NCBI GenBank assembly: GCA_020184695.1
Contig: JAANOX010000087.1
Span: forward strand, 248,001 to 312,000
Reading direction: 5' to 3'
Length of the DNA: 64,000 nucleotides
Origin: Histomonas meleagridis 2922-C6/04-290x
Taxonomy: Eukaryota > Protista > Parabasalia
Each line of letters begins with the position of its first letter. The first letter of the stretch is position 1. The notes under the pieces were generated by a model. That model did no database searches. It saw only the letters and a program-made list of their open reading frames with translations, and was not told the origin of the DNA. Shown piece after piece: positions 23,867 through 37,026 of the stretch. A program made the position numbers and the translations under genes.

Positions 23867-26800
23867 CGAAACGGCATACTTTTCCAATAATCATATTATT
23901 TATTTTTGCCGTTAACGGTGTTTCATCATCTAATATAGTTTCATCATAAAGCACTGTATCGCCAATATTATATTTTGATGAATCAGTAACTTTAAAATAA
24001 TAATCTCCGTGAGTTGCAAAATCAATTGTATCTTGATTAATCGATATGTCTTGTTTAATTGTGTCTCCTATTTGAAAAATTTCACCAGAGTTATGTTTTG
24101 CTGTACAAATTCCGATAAATTCTTTATAAGTTCCTGATGATTTAACACTAGGAATACAATTAGTAGAATCAGTAACTGAAGTATAATTATTATTATTTAA
24201 TTTATATACGTTACCTGTTATAAATACAGGAGAGCCAATATCAAAATCATTTAATGTTAATGTTTCGTCTATCGGCGCATTATGCACAATAGTTTTCGTC
24301 AATCTGACCTCCACCACTACTTGATATAATAGCTTTTTTTGTATGTATCAATTTATAGATGCCAAAATCCTAATTCATTTTCATATGATGCTATTCTCCA
24401 AGTATAAATACCTGGTGCTTCTGTTTAATTATTATGAAAAAAACGAAATCTAAAAAAATCTTCCTGTTTCTTTAATACAGATTTTTGATAAGGAACAATA
24501 TCAGCAGGTTGATGAGTATGAGATGATGGAGTAAATGTTGATGGTTTATCAGTAATATCATTATAACTATGAGTATGTGTATTTAAAGAAAAATTATTAA
24601 CAGGTATATCATTAATAGAAATACAATTTATATTACCATCAATTCCATTGAAACTAATAACACCATCATTATTATCAAGTTTACCGAAATACATAACATT
24701 GCCGGCAGTTCTTATTCTCCAAGAATAATCACTATTTAAATCATTATTATCATGAAAGTCAATATATTGTCCAACTTCCATTACACCATCTGATTTAATA
24801 GTCGCGATTGATGGAATATTTACTGTTGAATTAGAACCTCCTCCAATACTGTTTGAAATATAATATCCGTTAATGGAATTTGCGACAAGACTACCATTAA
24901 TAGCTAAATCATTATTAATAATTTCATGTGTATGATTTAACGAAGAGTATTTATCGTCATGATTATGTGTTGTTAATGAGTATTCATTATGAGTATGATT
25001 TAACGAAGAGTATTTATCATCATGATTATGTGTTGTTAATGAGTATTCATTATGAGTATGATTTAACGAAGAGTATTTATCATCATGATTATGTGTTGTT
25101 AAAGAATATCTTTCGTCATGATTATGATATTTTAATGAGAATTCTTCAGGTATTTTTTTCCATTAATTGTTTCACAATATAAATTACCATTAACATTTAA
25201 ATCATTATCAATAGTATCATGAGTATGATTTTTTAATGAGAAATTATCAACAGAAATATTATTAATAGAAATACAATTTATATTACCATCAATAAATATA
25301 TCACTATTTACAATAAGTTCACCATTAATAGTAATAGCATTATTAAATTCTGTATGATTATGATTTAATAAAGAATATTTATCATCATGATTATGTGTTG
25401 TTAATGAAATATTATTAGTATCAATTCCATTAATACTATTACAACTAATATTACCGTTTCTAAATATACTTACATAATTGCCATCACAAACTTTGAATCT
25501 TAGACAAGTATCAATATTATCATCAGAACCTACGTAATGTTCTATTACGCTACAATCATCTCCATTAGGCAATACACCTATTTCCATCCTAATAGAATCA
25601 CCCGGCATTGCATTAGTTCTATGAATAAACAATCCCCCATAAATATTTGTATCATCTGAATATTTACTACAATCAATATTGATATTACGACTTGCTGTCA
25701 ATATTCTACATGAAATATCATTACCTACTAATAAATCATGTTTAATCTTAGTCCATTCACCATATTCATTATATGATATTCCTGTTAAAGCCTTATTTAT
25801 ATCAGTTAAATTATCATTAGTTAAATATTGATTGTGAGTATGATTTGTTAAAGAAAAGTTATTAGTATCAATACCATTAATAGTTGTACATTCTATATTA
25901 CCATTTATTTTTTTAAATCTTGATTAATTGACGTGTAAATTTCATAAATATCTTCTTCTTCATTTGTTTCGACATAATCTTTATTAAAAGTAATACCTGT
26001 TAATTTATTGTTAATATTAAATATATCATTACTGATAACAGATAATTCATCTAAATCAATACCATTAATTGTTGTACATTCAACATTACCGCGACAGCTA
26101 AAGCTATCGGAGATCAGCGATCCATTAACCTTTAAATCTTGATTAATTGACGTGTAGATTTCATATATTTCTTCCTCCTCTTCATTAGTTTCTAATAAAT
26201 CTTTATGATAAGTTATTCCTGTATAATTATTTAAATCAGCAGCTATTAAATAATTATCATGTTTATGATTAACGAAGCGTTTATATATCTGACAATCGAC
26301 TAATAGAAAACCTAATTCATTTGTTCTTTGACCTTTAGAGACGTCTTTATAATAATACTTCAAATTTTTAAATATAATATTCATTTCTGGAAATAGATTT
26401 ATTAAATAATTATATTCATTAAATTCTTGGTCTATATCTTCAGCGTTTGGAACTTCTAAATCTTCCAACATTCCACCTGTCGATATATCATATTCATCAA
26501 AAAAACTACTGATTTCAATGATGGTAACGGTAAATAACCTTTTGACTTCATAACATTAATCCCAAAACTATTATAGAAAAATCCTGCCCACCCAAAATTT
26601 TTTATTTGACTTACAATTTGAGCTATAGTATATGCTGTATCAGCAGCTGTAAAAAATGTATCTATTATATCAAATATACTATCAACAAAACTTTCTTTAT
26701 ATGTAGATTCACCGTCCTCACCTGGAGGTCCCATTAAAATTTTCTTGTAAGTCTTCATCATCAATGATCATTTGTTATGTTAAATAGTATTCTGTTTTTA

Positions 26801-28001
26801 ACTCTCCATCATTATTAATTATACCATAAGTATGTCCGCTATCCTCTAACATGATACTATTACCATTAGGAAAAATTTATTAATAAATTTTTTTCAGTAA
26901 TTCCTTCATCAGTAGTATTATCATAAGTTGATATACTGACTCCTTTTTCAAATGATATAACGTCTCCGGTAGATAAAATTCCGTCTCGAACTAAAGCTAT
27001 TTCTTCTGTGTTAATATCATTAATTGTACCATTAACTATAAGATCTTGATTTATTAAAGTATATTTTTCAGTAATATCTTCTTCTTCTTCTTCATTAGTA
27101 ATCGTTTCTTCATTATAATATATTCCTGTTAATTTATGATTAATACTTTCTAAGTTAGCATTAGTTAGATAATCACTATGAATATGATTTAACGGAGAGT
27201 ATTTGTCGTCGTGATTATGCGTCGTTAGTGATATATCATTTGTAGAAATACCATTAATACTATTTACTGTTATATTACCGTTATTATTAAAACTAATTGT
27301 ACTTCCACCTTTTGCTTGAAAACTTAATGTATCGGTTATTGCTCTAATTCTCCACGTATTATCTTTATTATAATCATCTCTATAATGAAAATCAATATAC
27401 TCACCGACTTCCATGACTCCATCTGATTTAATAGTCGCGATTGATGGAATATTTACTGTTGAATTAGAACCTCCTCCAATACTGTTTGAAATATAATATC
27501 CGTTAATGGAATTTGCAACTAAACTTCCATTAATAGCTAAATCATTATTAATTATTTCATGTGTATGATTTTTTAATGCAAAATCATCTGTTGAATAACC
27601 ATTAATGGTATCAATAATTAAATTTGTAATTGAAACATTATTACTATCTTCATTGATTTTTACGAATTGTTTATATAAGTCTAAAACTCTATTTATATTA
27701 CCGAACATTTCAATTATATATGCATTTTTCATTATATTTTCTCCAGTAAGTATATCATCAACTTTAATATTATTATTGATATACTTTAAATTTTTTATAC
27801 TATTATCTAACGGTGATATTACAACATGATTTCTTCCGTAAGTGAAAACAAATGATTTGTCATAACTATTTATCTGTAATGTACATATACCATTTGATAA
27901 TGTATCAGATGTTTTTTTGAATGATTACTGTATACAACACTGTTTTTATTCATTAATGCTCTTACTATATTTTCAATTTTTTCAAACTGTGAATTTGACA
28001 T
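23784..28001 (-). pseudogene. Large fibre/spike-like gene(s) with His-rich repeats, multiply frameshifted
   Basis: ORFs 26866..27732, 26456..26764, 25905..26471, 25132..25701, 24425..24781 and 23784..24317 share modules (EVG.YIDFH...WRIR, ING.....SLTTHNHDDKYS). Confidence 0.6.
24930..25115 (-). repeat. 63-bp tandem repeat encoding LTTHNHDDKYSSLNHTHNEYS
   Basis: TTTAACGAAG recurs at 24936 and 24999, with a third copy following. Confidence 0.85.
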
Positions 28002-28018
28002 TTTTAATAAGATAAAAA

Positions 28019-29652
28019 TGTATAAAACTGAAAATCAATTTACAACAACTGCGTCTCAGTTACCGATTGAAGAAAAATTATACAAATCTTGATTTAGATA
28101 AGTATGAAGTATTAAATCCTCAAAATGGTTATACTTTCCGTTATCCTCAACGTTGGTTAGAGTCTCCGTCACAGAATAAAGCTATTGGCATAAGAAGATT
28201 AGATATAACGCCGACCGCTCACGTTTTCTCATTACAGTTTGAAGTAACTAAACCTGAAAGCGTCAGTGGTTCTTCACCTAATCCACGTATCATTAAAATT
28301 CAAGTTATGGCGAAATTTTAACGTCAATTTGTAATAGTTTTAATAATTCATTTGCGAGTTATAGATTATCTTATGAATACGAAGACTCAGGCAATTTATA
28401 TTTTGCTTGTACTTATGTAGGCTCGGATGAAAGCCAAAATCTTGTCGCAAAATTCGCGATTGTTGATTCAGGAAGTACTACATCTAATTTAGAAAGTTTT
28501 TTGAAATTCTTAAATCAAGATGTAACGTCAGAAAGTATAAGTTATTTGTCAACTCAAAAGGAAGTAATGACTTTTTAATAATGTTTGGAACAGAGAGTAT
28601 TTAGAATTTCATGCTTCATTTAGTGATTCGAAGAGACGATTCATTGGCATCAAAGGTGATTTTTTTATGAAAAAAACCTACTGTATTATATAACGCGCCA
28701 ACTGATGGCTCAACATTTAACATTAGATTTACAACAAACGGTAAAAAATAATATGTATCCGAAATATTGCAGGTTTATCATTCAATTAGTATTTCTTTAT
28801 AATTACAGAGAAAAACTGTTGTACTTTAAGAGTAAAGTGACCTTTTAATATCTTCAGGGATTTCTTTTTTATCTCCTTCCTCTTCGTTAAATACAACATA
28901 TATTTTTATCATTGTATTTACGATTGAATTTAAAACGTAAATGGTTCCAATAACACACAACCAAACGCCAACAAACGACATTTTAATTAAATAAAAATAT
29001 TCAAAAAGTATCATTAAATTTTTGAGGGTTAACTTTAACCAAAAAGTGAACCCTCAACGAATCCGAGTCTCGCCAGGGCTCGTTTATATTACTGTTGAAT
29101 TCTTTAATTCAAGAATCAGGCGTTACGTCTGAAGTCGACGAAGCCGGTAGAATTGTATTTACTTCTTCAAATGCCTTTACAATAAATAATGCTTCATATA
29201 ATATAATTCAAATATCAGGATTATACTCACAAATTCTTCCTATACCATCAACATTTAATGGTACAGATACATGGCGCTCTGGCGCCGGGGATCCCAAAGG
29301 ATCCTTTGAAATATTCGCTGAATCAGTCGGAAATACTTTATCAACTCCAGTATTATATCTTTTGTCGAATGTTGGAAAAAGTTCTTATAGAAATTTAAAC
29401 GAAACCATTAACATTTCAAAAAAATCGTTCTTAGAATCAATAACTCTTTTTTTCGGCAAATTTTCCGATTATTGTATCAAACGCTGATTTTGAAATTGAC
29501 ATAAATTCTAATGATTTGTCACATATACAGTTGACACTCGTTGACGCAAACCTTCACGAAGTACATTTACTGAATCCAATGTATATAACAATTTCTGTTC
29601 AAGGCATACAGGATGAAGATTTATTTGTTGGTGAGATTCAAAATCAAAAATA
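28019..29652 (+). pseudogene. Putative minor capsid (penton)-like gene fragments
   Basis: The C-terminal shifted frame reads DFEIDINSNDLSHIQLTLVDANLHEVHLLNPMYITISV, resembling single jelly-roll penton C-termini. Several frameshifts; may be two genes. Confidence 0.45.
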
Positions 29653-29898
29653 ATTTTATTTTTTTTTTAAAATATTTTTTTTTATTTTATATAAAATGGA
29701 AGATATCTTAAGTGTAAGTCACAATGAATCACATGAAAAATTGAGAAGAGATTTAGAACTTGAAAAAATGGTAGAAGAATTAAACCAAGAATTAAATCCA
29801 ACAGAAGTAAAATTATACTATTCGCTAGAAAAAATGGTAGAAGATTTAAAACAAGAATTAATACGTGAGGGATTGTATGAGGAATGAAAAATAAATTT

Positions 29899-30811
29899 TC
29901 ATTTTATTTTTCTTTCAACAACGTTTGATAAATTAATGATAACTCTTCGTGCTTTAATGTGAATACTAAACGTACCGTGTGGGTCTTTCATTTTGCTATA
30001 TTCTTTCCATAAAGCTTTTGCGTCAAAAACACTCGCTGGTGATTCCTTCAACAGATCGAAGAAGTCTTCTTGTCCAATACCATTAAATAATACAATATCT
30101 GACAAAGTTCTTTTTATATCTTTTGGTATACTTTTTGTTGTTTGCACACAAATGATAACGTTAATATTAAAGTGTCTGAGTTTTTTAAGTAATCTTGACA
30201 TCTCCGTTTCTTTACTTCTCAGTAAAGGATGATTAGCAAAATCATCTAATATCAACAAACATCTATGCGGATAAGTTTTCCATTGATATTTCGCTAACTT
30301 TTCAGAAATGTATTTTAATTTCTTCTTTGAATTATTCAAATTATATTTCATAAATAATCTTTCTACTTCTTCATCCGTTTTCTTAAAATCAGAATTGATA
30401 TATTTGATGATAGAATTATATTTTAAAATTCTCCGAATATATTTATTAATCCAGTCTAACAAATCAGTATCTTTTTATCGCAACAAGTTTCGTTTTCTTT
30501 ATTGCTTCTTTATAAGTATTTACTGTTTCATCAAATTTTGAGGATGTACTACAAATAGTTATTAATTCAAAAAACGGTTCGTTAAATAATACTTCTTGTT
30601 TCGCTCCGAGTTTAACGTAAAGATATGATTTGCCTGAACCCATCGGCGCTATAAAAGCTGTTATTCCGTTTTGAGCAAATAAGAATTTTTCATGTATTGG
30701 TTTTATCTTTGCATTCTCTAAAATTTCTTTGTTTTGTTTTTCTAATTTATCAAACAATTCTTCTATCTCATCAAATTTTTTATCAACCTCTTTTAAAGAA
30801 ATTTTTCGCAT
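29899..30811 (-). pseudogene. A32/FtsK-like genome packaging ATPase, one frameshift near 30465
   Basis: Walker A APMGSGKS in 30464..30811; Walker B LLILDDF and LRHFNINVIICVQT in 29899..30462. Confidence 0.88.
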
Positions 30812-30851
30812 TATTTTTTATTTATAAAAATAAATTTTTTACCGTTAATAA

Positions 30852-31313
30852 ATGGATTCATTCCAAGATTATTTAATATCAGAATATAAAATAAATTACG
30901 CCGCTGTTGATTTTAAATATAATCATAATACAACAGTGAAGATAGACAAACCAACAAATAAACCTAAACTTCATAATAATATTCTTGTCGGCGTTAAATT
31001 TTATGATAAGAATTTAAAACTTCTTGAATCAGTAAATTTAAAGTTTACCGATAACATTCTTACTAAAACAAATGAAAAGAAACTTGTAAATATTGCTCCT
31101 GCAGAATTAAATAATAGATTTATGAAAGCCAGAAATGACATCGTAAAACGAATCACTGACGAATTAGTCGAGAAACGAGAAGAAATTGACAATAGAATTA
31201 TATCATTAAATGCTTACGTTGGAAATGAGAGTATAGCGATTTCAAAAGAGTTTGAAGGCTTAAAAATAACTTTCCCGGGAAGTACAAACGACAAGAAATC
31301 GTTTGATATGTAA
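30852..31313 (+). CDS. Maverick hypothetical protein; its 3' end is duplicated inverted at about 11840-11930
   Basis: Intact 153-aa ORF; inverted copy of TTCCCGGGAAGTACAAACGA in the left arm. Confidence 0.55.
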   Translation: MDSFQDYLISEYKINYAAVDFKYNHNTTVKIDKPTNKPKLHNNILVGVKFYDKNLKLLESVNLKFTDNILTKTNEKKLVNIAPAELNNRFMKARNDIVKRITDELVEKREEIDNRIISLNAYVGNESIAISKEFEGLKITFPGSTNDKKSFDM

Positions 31314-33483
31314 ATTATATAAAAATAACTATCACATAACGAGATATTTTAATTTTTAAATTTCAATGTCAGTTTTTCACTTTTTCAATGAACGCCTTAC
31401 GTTCGATTCCCGTACAGTGCGTTTTTTGTTAATGTCTTACGTTCGATTCCCAAACCTATTGAATTTTATTTTTGAACTTTTTTTACTCGTTCTTCCTTAA
31501 CGTTCAACTCTAACGTTCTTCCTTAACGTTCGACTCTAACACTCATTCTTAACGTTCACTTTATCCTTCGTCATAAACACCGTCATAAAATTCGTCATCA
31601 AATATTTTTTACATTTGCCACTAAATTCAATGACAATTCAAAAAATTTTACGTTTGACACTAATTGAAAACATCATTCAAATCTTGTTTTCTGAACTCAT
31701 TCAAATCTCATTACTGCCCGCCAATTTCTAATCCTTAACGTTCAATTACCACCAAAATTTTTTTCATTGTAAAATAATTCAATACTTTACTTTTTACAAC
31801 ATTGAAAAAAAAATGCTCCTGTGTCGAGAAACGCGTGTCAGATTTTTTTTTAAGATTTCAATACTTTTTGAAACTTTTTCAGAACTCATTCAAATTCATT
31901 TCCCGCCAATATTTTCAGTACCGATTCAATTATTAATCGTTTTGCCACCAAATTAAATGACAATTCAAAAAATTTTACATTTGCCACTAAATTAAATGAT
32001 AATTCAAAATATTTTTTACAACAACTTCAACCGTCATTTTCTCCGTCCGTTAATTTCCGTTAAATTTTAAACAGAAAACGTTTAAAAAAAATTTTTTGAA
32101 ATCCGTTAAAAAAAGTTTATTTTTTACAACTTACTTTTTCAGCGGTTGTTCAAATTTATCAACCATCATTTTCTCCGTCCGTTTATTTTGCGTAAACGGA
32201 TTTTATCAAGAACGTTAATTTTTCATCAACTGACATGTGATATGAAATGAAAAAACATGTTATGCGAAATGAATTTTTCGGAAATGTTATGAAAAGACAT
32301 GTTATATGAAATTATAAAAAAGTGGTTCCACAAAAAAATTCAATGTCGCTGTATCTCGAACCAACGACCTTTACACAAAAAGTGACACTCGAAAAGTGAC
32401 ACAAAATTTCTGAGGGTTAAAAAAATAAAAAAGTGAACCCTTTTTTTGAACCCTCAACGAAACGAAGTAAATTAACATTTTTCGGATGATTTTACAAAAT
32501 AAAAAATTAAAGCTAATTTTAAACAGTACTTTTTAAGTTCAAAACACTAAAATCCACATAGAATTTACAACTTTCGACAGAGAATTAACATTAAATTCTT
32601 TCCGATAAATCAACCGTCAACTTTTGCGTTAAAGCCTTCAAAAAATGCTCATTTTCTCCGTTTCGTTGAGGGTTCAAAAAAAGGGTTAAAAAATCACCTT
32701 TGAAAATTAAAAGGTACTTTTTACATTCAAAATCTCAGTTAATAACAACTTTAAGCTCCAAACACTAAAATCCACATAGGATTAACAACAAATTCTTACC
32801 GATATATCAACCGTCAACTTTTGCGTTAAATCCTTCAAAAAATGCTTATTTTCTCCGTTTCGTTGAGGGTTCAAAAAAAGGGTTAAAAAATCACCTTTGA
32901 AAATTAAAAGGTACTTTTTACATTCAAAATCTCAGTTAATAACAACTTTAAGCTCCAAACACTAAAATCCACATAGGATTAACAACAAATTCTTACCGAT
33001 ATATCAACCGTCAACTTTTGCGTTAAAGCCTTCAAAAAATGCTCATTTTCTCCGTTTCGTAAAGGGTTCAAAAAAAGGGTTAAAAAATCACCTTTGAAAA
33101 TTAAAAGGTACTTTTTACATTCACAACCTCAGTTAATAACAACTTTCCACATAGCATTAACAACAACTCATCCGTTATCATCACCAGCTTGAGTAAACAT
33201 GCAATATTCACGTCAAATCACTAAAATGGAGAAACTCATTCAGCTTTTCCGAATTTCCTTTAGCTAATAACTTTTTTAGTTAGTTAGTTAGTTAGTTTGT
33301 CATGCCTCACACATTTAAAAAATAAATGTCATCATGAATTTAAATATATTTAATTACTTTCAATCAAAACCAACCGATTTATGAAAATCAATCGCGTTTA
33401 CACCGTTCATCCTTTAGTTTATGTAGCGCGAGTGGGAGCGAGTGCGTAGCACGAAGCTCACATAGCGCTGTGTGTGTGTGTGT
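31240..33483. repeat. Right terminal inverted repeat arm (about three 197-bp tandem units)
   Basis: GCTCCA at 32755 and 32952 (period 197); inverted match to the left arm. Confidence 0.85.
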
Positions 33484-33687
33484 AAATTGCTTACACTATT
33501 GAAAAACTGAATAAACAGTAAATACCGATTTTCTCTAGAAAAAGGAAAACAAATGACTAGTTTATGAAGAAAAAAATTGTGAAGTACGATTATACTCAAT
33601 TGGAAAATTAAATAATTGTGAGGTATCGTGCTTTCCTTTTTTTGGAAATAGTTTAGAAACCAAATTCTTACTGTAAGGAGAGCGAAC

Positions 33688-34149
33688 ATGTCAAAAAATA
33701 TGGCAGGAACAGTAACGTACAATGGCGATCTTAAAGACAAAAATATTTGAATCTGGGGGCATGCAGGGATGGGAAAGTCACGATGGGCTCACAAAGTACC
33801 TGGGCACCTAATATATCCTAGAGCTTTAAATAAGTGGTGGGATGGGTATCTGCTTGGGGACAATAAAGTCGTGATTTTAGATGATATTTCATTTAATGGT
33901 GAAGCATTACTGCAGCATATAAAGATCTATACAGATAGATACTTATTCTTGGGGGAAGTGAAAGGAAGCTCAGTGGTGATGCATCCAGGTAGTTTCAAAT
34001 TTATTGTCACTGCAAATCATAATATTGATGATTCATTTAACGGATGCCCTGATGAAGATATCCAAGCAATCAAAAGAAAATTCAAGTTGGTGGAAATCAA
34101 AACGCCTGATGACATTTTCCTCCAGTCAGAATTAAATTTAGATGAATAA
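33688..34149 (+). pseudogene. Endogenous CRESS DNA virus Rep, SF3 helicase domain
   Basis: NI*IWGHAGMGKS (Walker A; TGA 33748 in place of Trp), KWWDGY, VILDD (Walker B), EVKG and FIVTAN (motif C). Confidence 0.85.
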
Positions 34150-34948
34150 ACAATTCATTTTTCAATTTTCTCTAATATTGTTTTTTAGGTACCTAGAATT
34201 GATTTGTCTCTTGGAGCCCGTTATGTTTAAAAATAAAAAGGAGTTGAAGACGATCAAAATAAATTGAATTTATCGAATAAAGTATTCAATTTTAAACGAT
34301 AGGCGACCGTTATTTCTAAAAATATATAATTATTTTAGTAATATATGATTATACAGGGTACCGAACGCTAACGTATCCTGGCATAGATGGCGCCGGTTGT
34401 GATGTGATATTGAATATCTGTACTATAAATATCGTCCCAAGCAAAAAAAATCGATAATTTTGAATTCAAAATCGATATAAACCATTTAATTAAAAATATA
34501 AAAATATCAATATTTATATATATAAATGATTTAAAAATGAAAAATAATATTTTTACATATAAAATATATAATATCATATTACCACTATAAAATATAAAAG
34601 CTCTTAATTAAAGAAACCTTTGTCGGACTGATCCTACAGACTTGTCTCAAATTTTTTGGAACGTTGGTTCGTCGGAGTCTCTTTTTTAACGGTACAGGAA
34701 CGATAGGTGAGCAACTTTGCGTGTAAAAATTCAACACTCAAGCATTAAAACGATAAAAAATCAATGGAAGTACTTTTTGAATTAATAAACGATTAAATTA
34801 CTATCAAAAAATTATTTTAATCGTTTAAAACGGTTTGAATAAAAAAGAACGCACAAACAAAAAAAATCGATCATTAAGATTGCTTAAACATTCATTTACG
34901 TTCTTCAATGAGCTTTGTTCCAACTAAAGAAACATTTTCTGTGTGTAA

Positions 34949-35599
34949 TTAGAAAGAACATGTGAACTTCTTTTTGGGATGTGAATTTGTTTTATCTTCT
35001 GATTTAAGAGAAACTGTATTTTTTTTATCTTCATCCTTATGTTGAACTTGTTTTCCGCCATTGACTTTATCGGTAAAAAGTCTTGCAATTGTCCTGAAGA
35101 AATCTTCAATACCTTCTCCTGTTTTGGCACTTAATTCGTAAAACCTGGCATTTAATTGAACTGCACAGCGCTCTCCGTCTTCATATGAAACTTGGCGTTC
35201 TTCTACAAGATCCTTCTTATTTCCAACCAAGTACAAATCAATTGAAGTCTTATCAATATTCTCCTTTAAGGAATGATACCAAGATTCTATTTCTTCAAAG
35301 GAAGACATATCATCGATAGAATAGATTAAGATAGCTACATCACAACCCCTATAATACATTGGTGCCATTCCTCTAAACTTCTCTTGTCCTGCTGTATCCC
35401 AAATCTGAAGCCTTGAAATTGGTGTATCTCCATCACTTATTAGTAATGTTGTATAAGACGCTCCAAGAGTATTAGCAGTTTCGTCATTAAAAATACCATT
35501 AACTGCTCTTTGAACAATACATGTTTTGCCTACATTTGCTTGCCCCACTAATACAACCTTTGGTTCTGGGACATCGAGTTCTTCATCGCTTGACGGCAT
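34949..35599 (-). CDS. Rab-family small GTPase
   Basis: GQANVGKT, WDTAGQEKF, GNKKD, ELSAKTG and a C-terminal cysteine motif (FTCSF). Confidence 0.93.
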   Translation of the reverse strand: MPSSDEELDVPEPKVVLVGQANVGKTCIVQRAVNGIFNDETANTLGASYTTLLISDGDTPISRLQIWDTAGQEKFRGMAPMYYRGCDVAILIYSIDDMSSFEEIESWYHSLKENIDKTSIDLYLVGNKKDLVEERQVSYEDGERCAVQLNARFYELSAKTGEGIEDFFRTIARLFTDKVNGGKQVQHKDEDKKNTVSLKSEDKTNSHPKKKFTCSF

Positions 35600-35738
35600 G
35601 CGTTTTGATTAAATCGATAGATACGATAGGGCGGTTTATGTCAACAGACTTCACAATCTGGTTTTGAAATAATTGATACATTTCAAAAGATAACTCTGAA
35701 AAAGCGCCAAATAAAAGCAGGTTGATTTTGAAAATTGA

Positions 35739-36209
35739 ATGTTTAAGAACGTTTGTTATCGTGCTTTTTGGCTGACATGTGATGCGAAATATGAAATGAT
35801 GGAAAGGCTCCTGGAACTTGGCGCCATCCTGGAACAAATATCCAAAAACTCACCAATACAAACAGAAATCGCATTACTTGCTCTTGAAGGCATCAGAAAT
35901 ATGATAGTGTCCCATAGAAGTGAACCATTTATTCCAAACGAACAAATGAATCCAAAGCAACAGCCTAAAAGAGTTCCACCTCCTCAACAACAACTCATGC
36001 CAATTGCACAACAATCACAAAATATGCAAATTCCACAGATTCAAATTCAACCAGAACCAATTATGGAATTTGATAATACAACATTTGTAGATATGCCTCA
36101 AAATTCAGGTATTGGCGTAAGTGGAAGTACAGAGATTATTTGTTTTGATGATTTGGATTCCACACAGTTCAATCAAATTCAAAATATTCCATTTTTATAT
36201 CATAATTAA
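35739..36209 (+). CDS. Hypothetical Q/P-rich protein
   Basis: 156-aa ORF with host-like GC content; start codon uncertain. Confidence 0.45.
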   Translation: MFKNVCYRAFWLTCDAKYEMMERLLELGAILEQISKNSPIQTEIALLALEGIRNMIVSHRSEPFIPNEQMNPKQQPKRVPPPQQQLMPIAQQSQNMQIPQIQIQPEPIMEFDNTTFVDMPQNSGIGVSGSTEIICFDDLDSTQFNQIQNIPFLYHN

Positions 36210-37026
36210 AAATTTATATTGCGCAAAAACTTCAATAAAATACTTGTTTTTTATTTTTTGTGTTAGATTTTTATTTCATGCATGTGAAACCATATTGCAT
36301 TATTATTAAAATTTAATAGCATGAAAGTAGCGCCCTTGAGTGCGCGTGCGTTTGTTCTAAGTTAGATAAATAAGTTTGTCTTTTTTGATGAAATACTAAT
36401 TTTTACATTTTTTATGAATGATGGAATTTTCCATCACTTTCATGTATTCCAGAATACATAAAAGATGGAGAAAGCAATTTTAAATTTTTAAATCAATAAA
36501 CAATTTGAATAATTAATGATGGAAAATTATTCAAATATTTATTCAAAGTCAAAAATTGGATTTTCCTTTATCCTTAAAGAAAGCCAAATACTAACAAAAA
36601 GTAATTACTTTTTATTAATAAACATTAATCAAACAGATAATTTTGTAAAATTTTCACACTGATTTTGGGTGAACCTAATATTTTTAAAAATATTTTTGAT
36701 TATTAGTTTAATTTTTTTCTGTATTGATTATTTTCCTGTTGCATTGTTAATTGTAATTTCGTTATTTTCCGCCTTAGGTTAAATAAATATAATTTTTTTT
36801 ATATTATAAAAATTCGAGATATAAAGGACAATTATGATCAAAGTATTTCACAATAGATTTCGTAAAATCTTTTTTCCAAATGTTATCTATGCAAAAGTGC
36901 TCGTTAACCAAATTTTATTAATTTTTCTGGAGCTTTCCACAAAACGACCTTTAATTCTATCAAAATTGATAACATCGAAAAATTTGGGTTCGAAATTCCT
37001 ACAAAATCCATTAGTTTTTCAAAATC

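Larger units (their letters stand above)
9791..33483. mobile_element. Maverick/Polinton-type endogenous virus, decayed
   Basis: Termini (AC)7AGCGCTATGTGAG... and the exact reverse complement ending (GT)7. AAATT direct repeat at 9786-9790 and 33484-33488. Encodes an rve integrase, family-B DNA polymerase remnants, an A32-like ATPase and capsid-like genes. Confidence 0.92.

Noticed and set aside
34340-34720. Possible Tc1/mariner end (TACAGGGTACC near 34352) closing the composite insertion
   Set aside because: I found no matching inverted partner or TA-flanked counterpart in the window.
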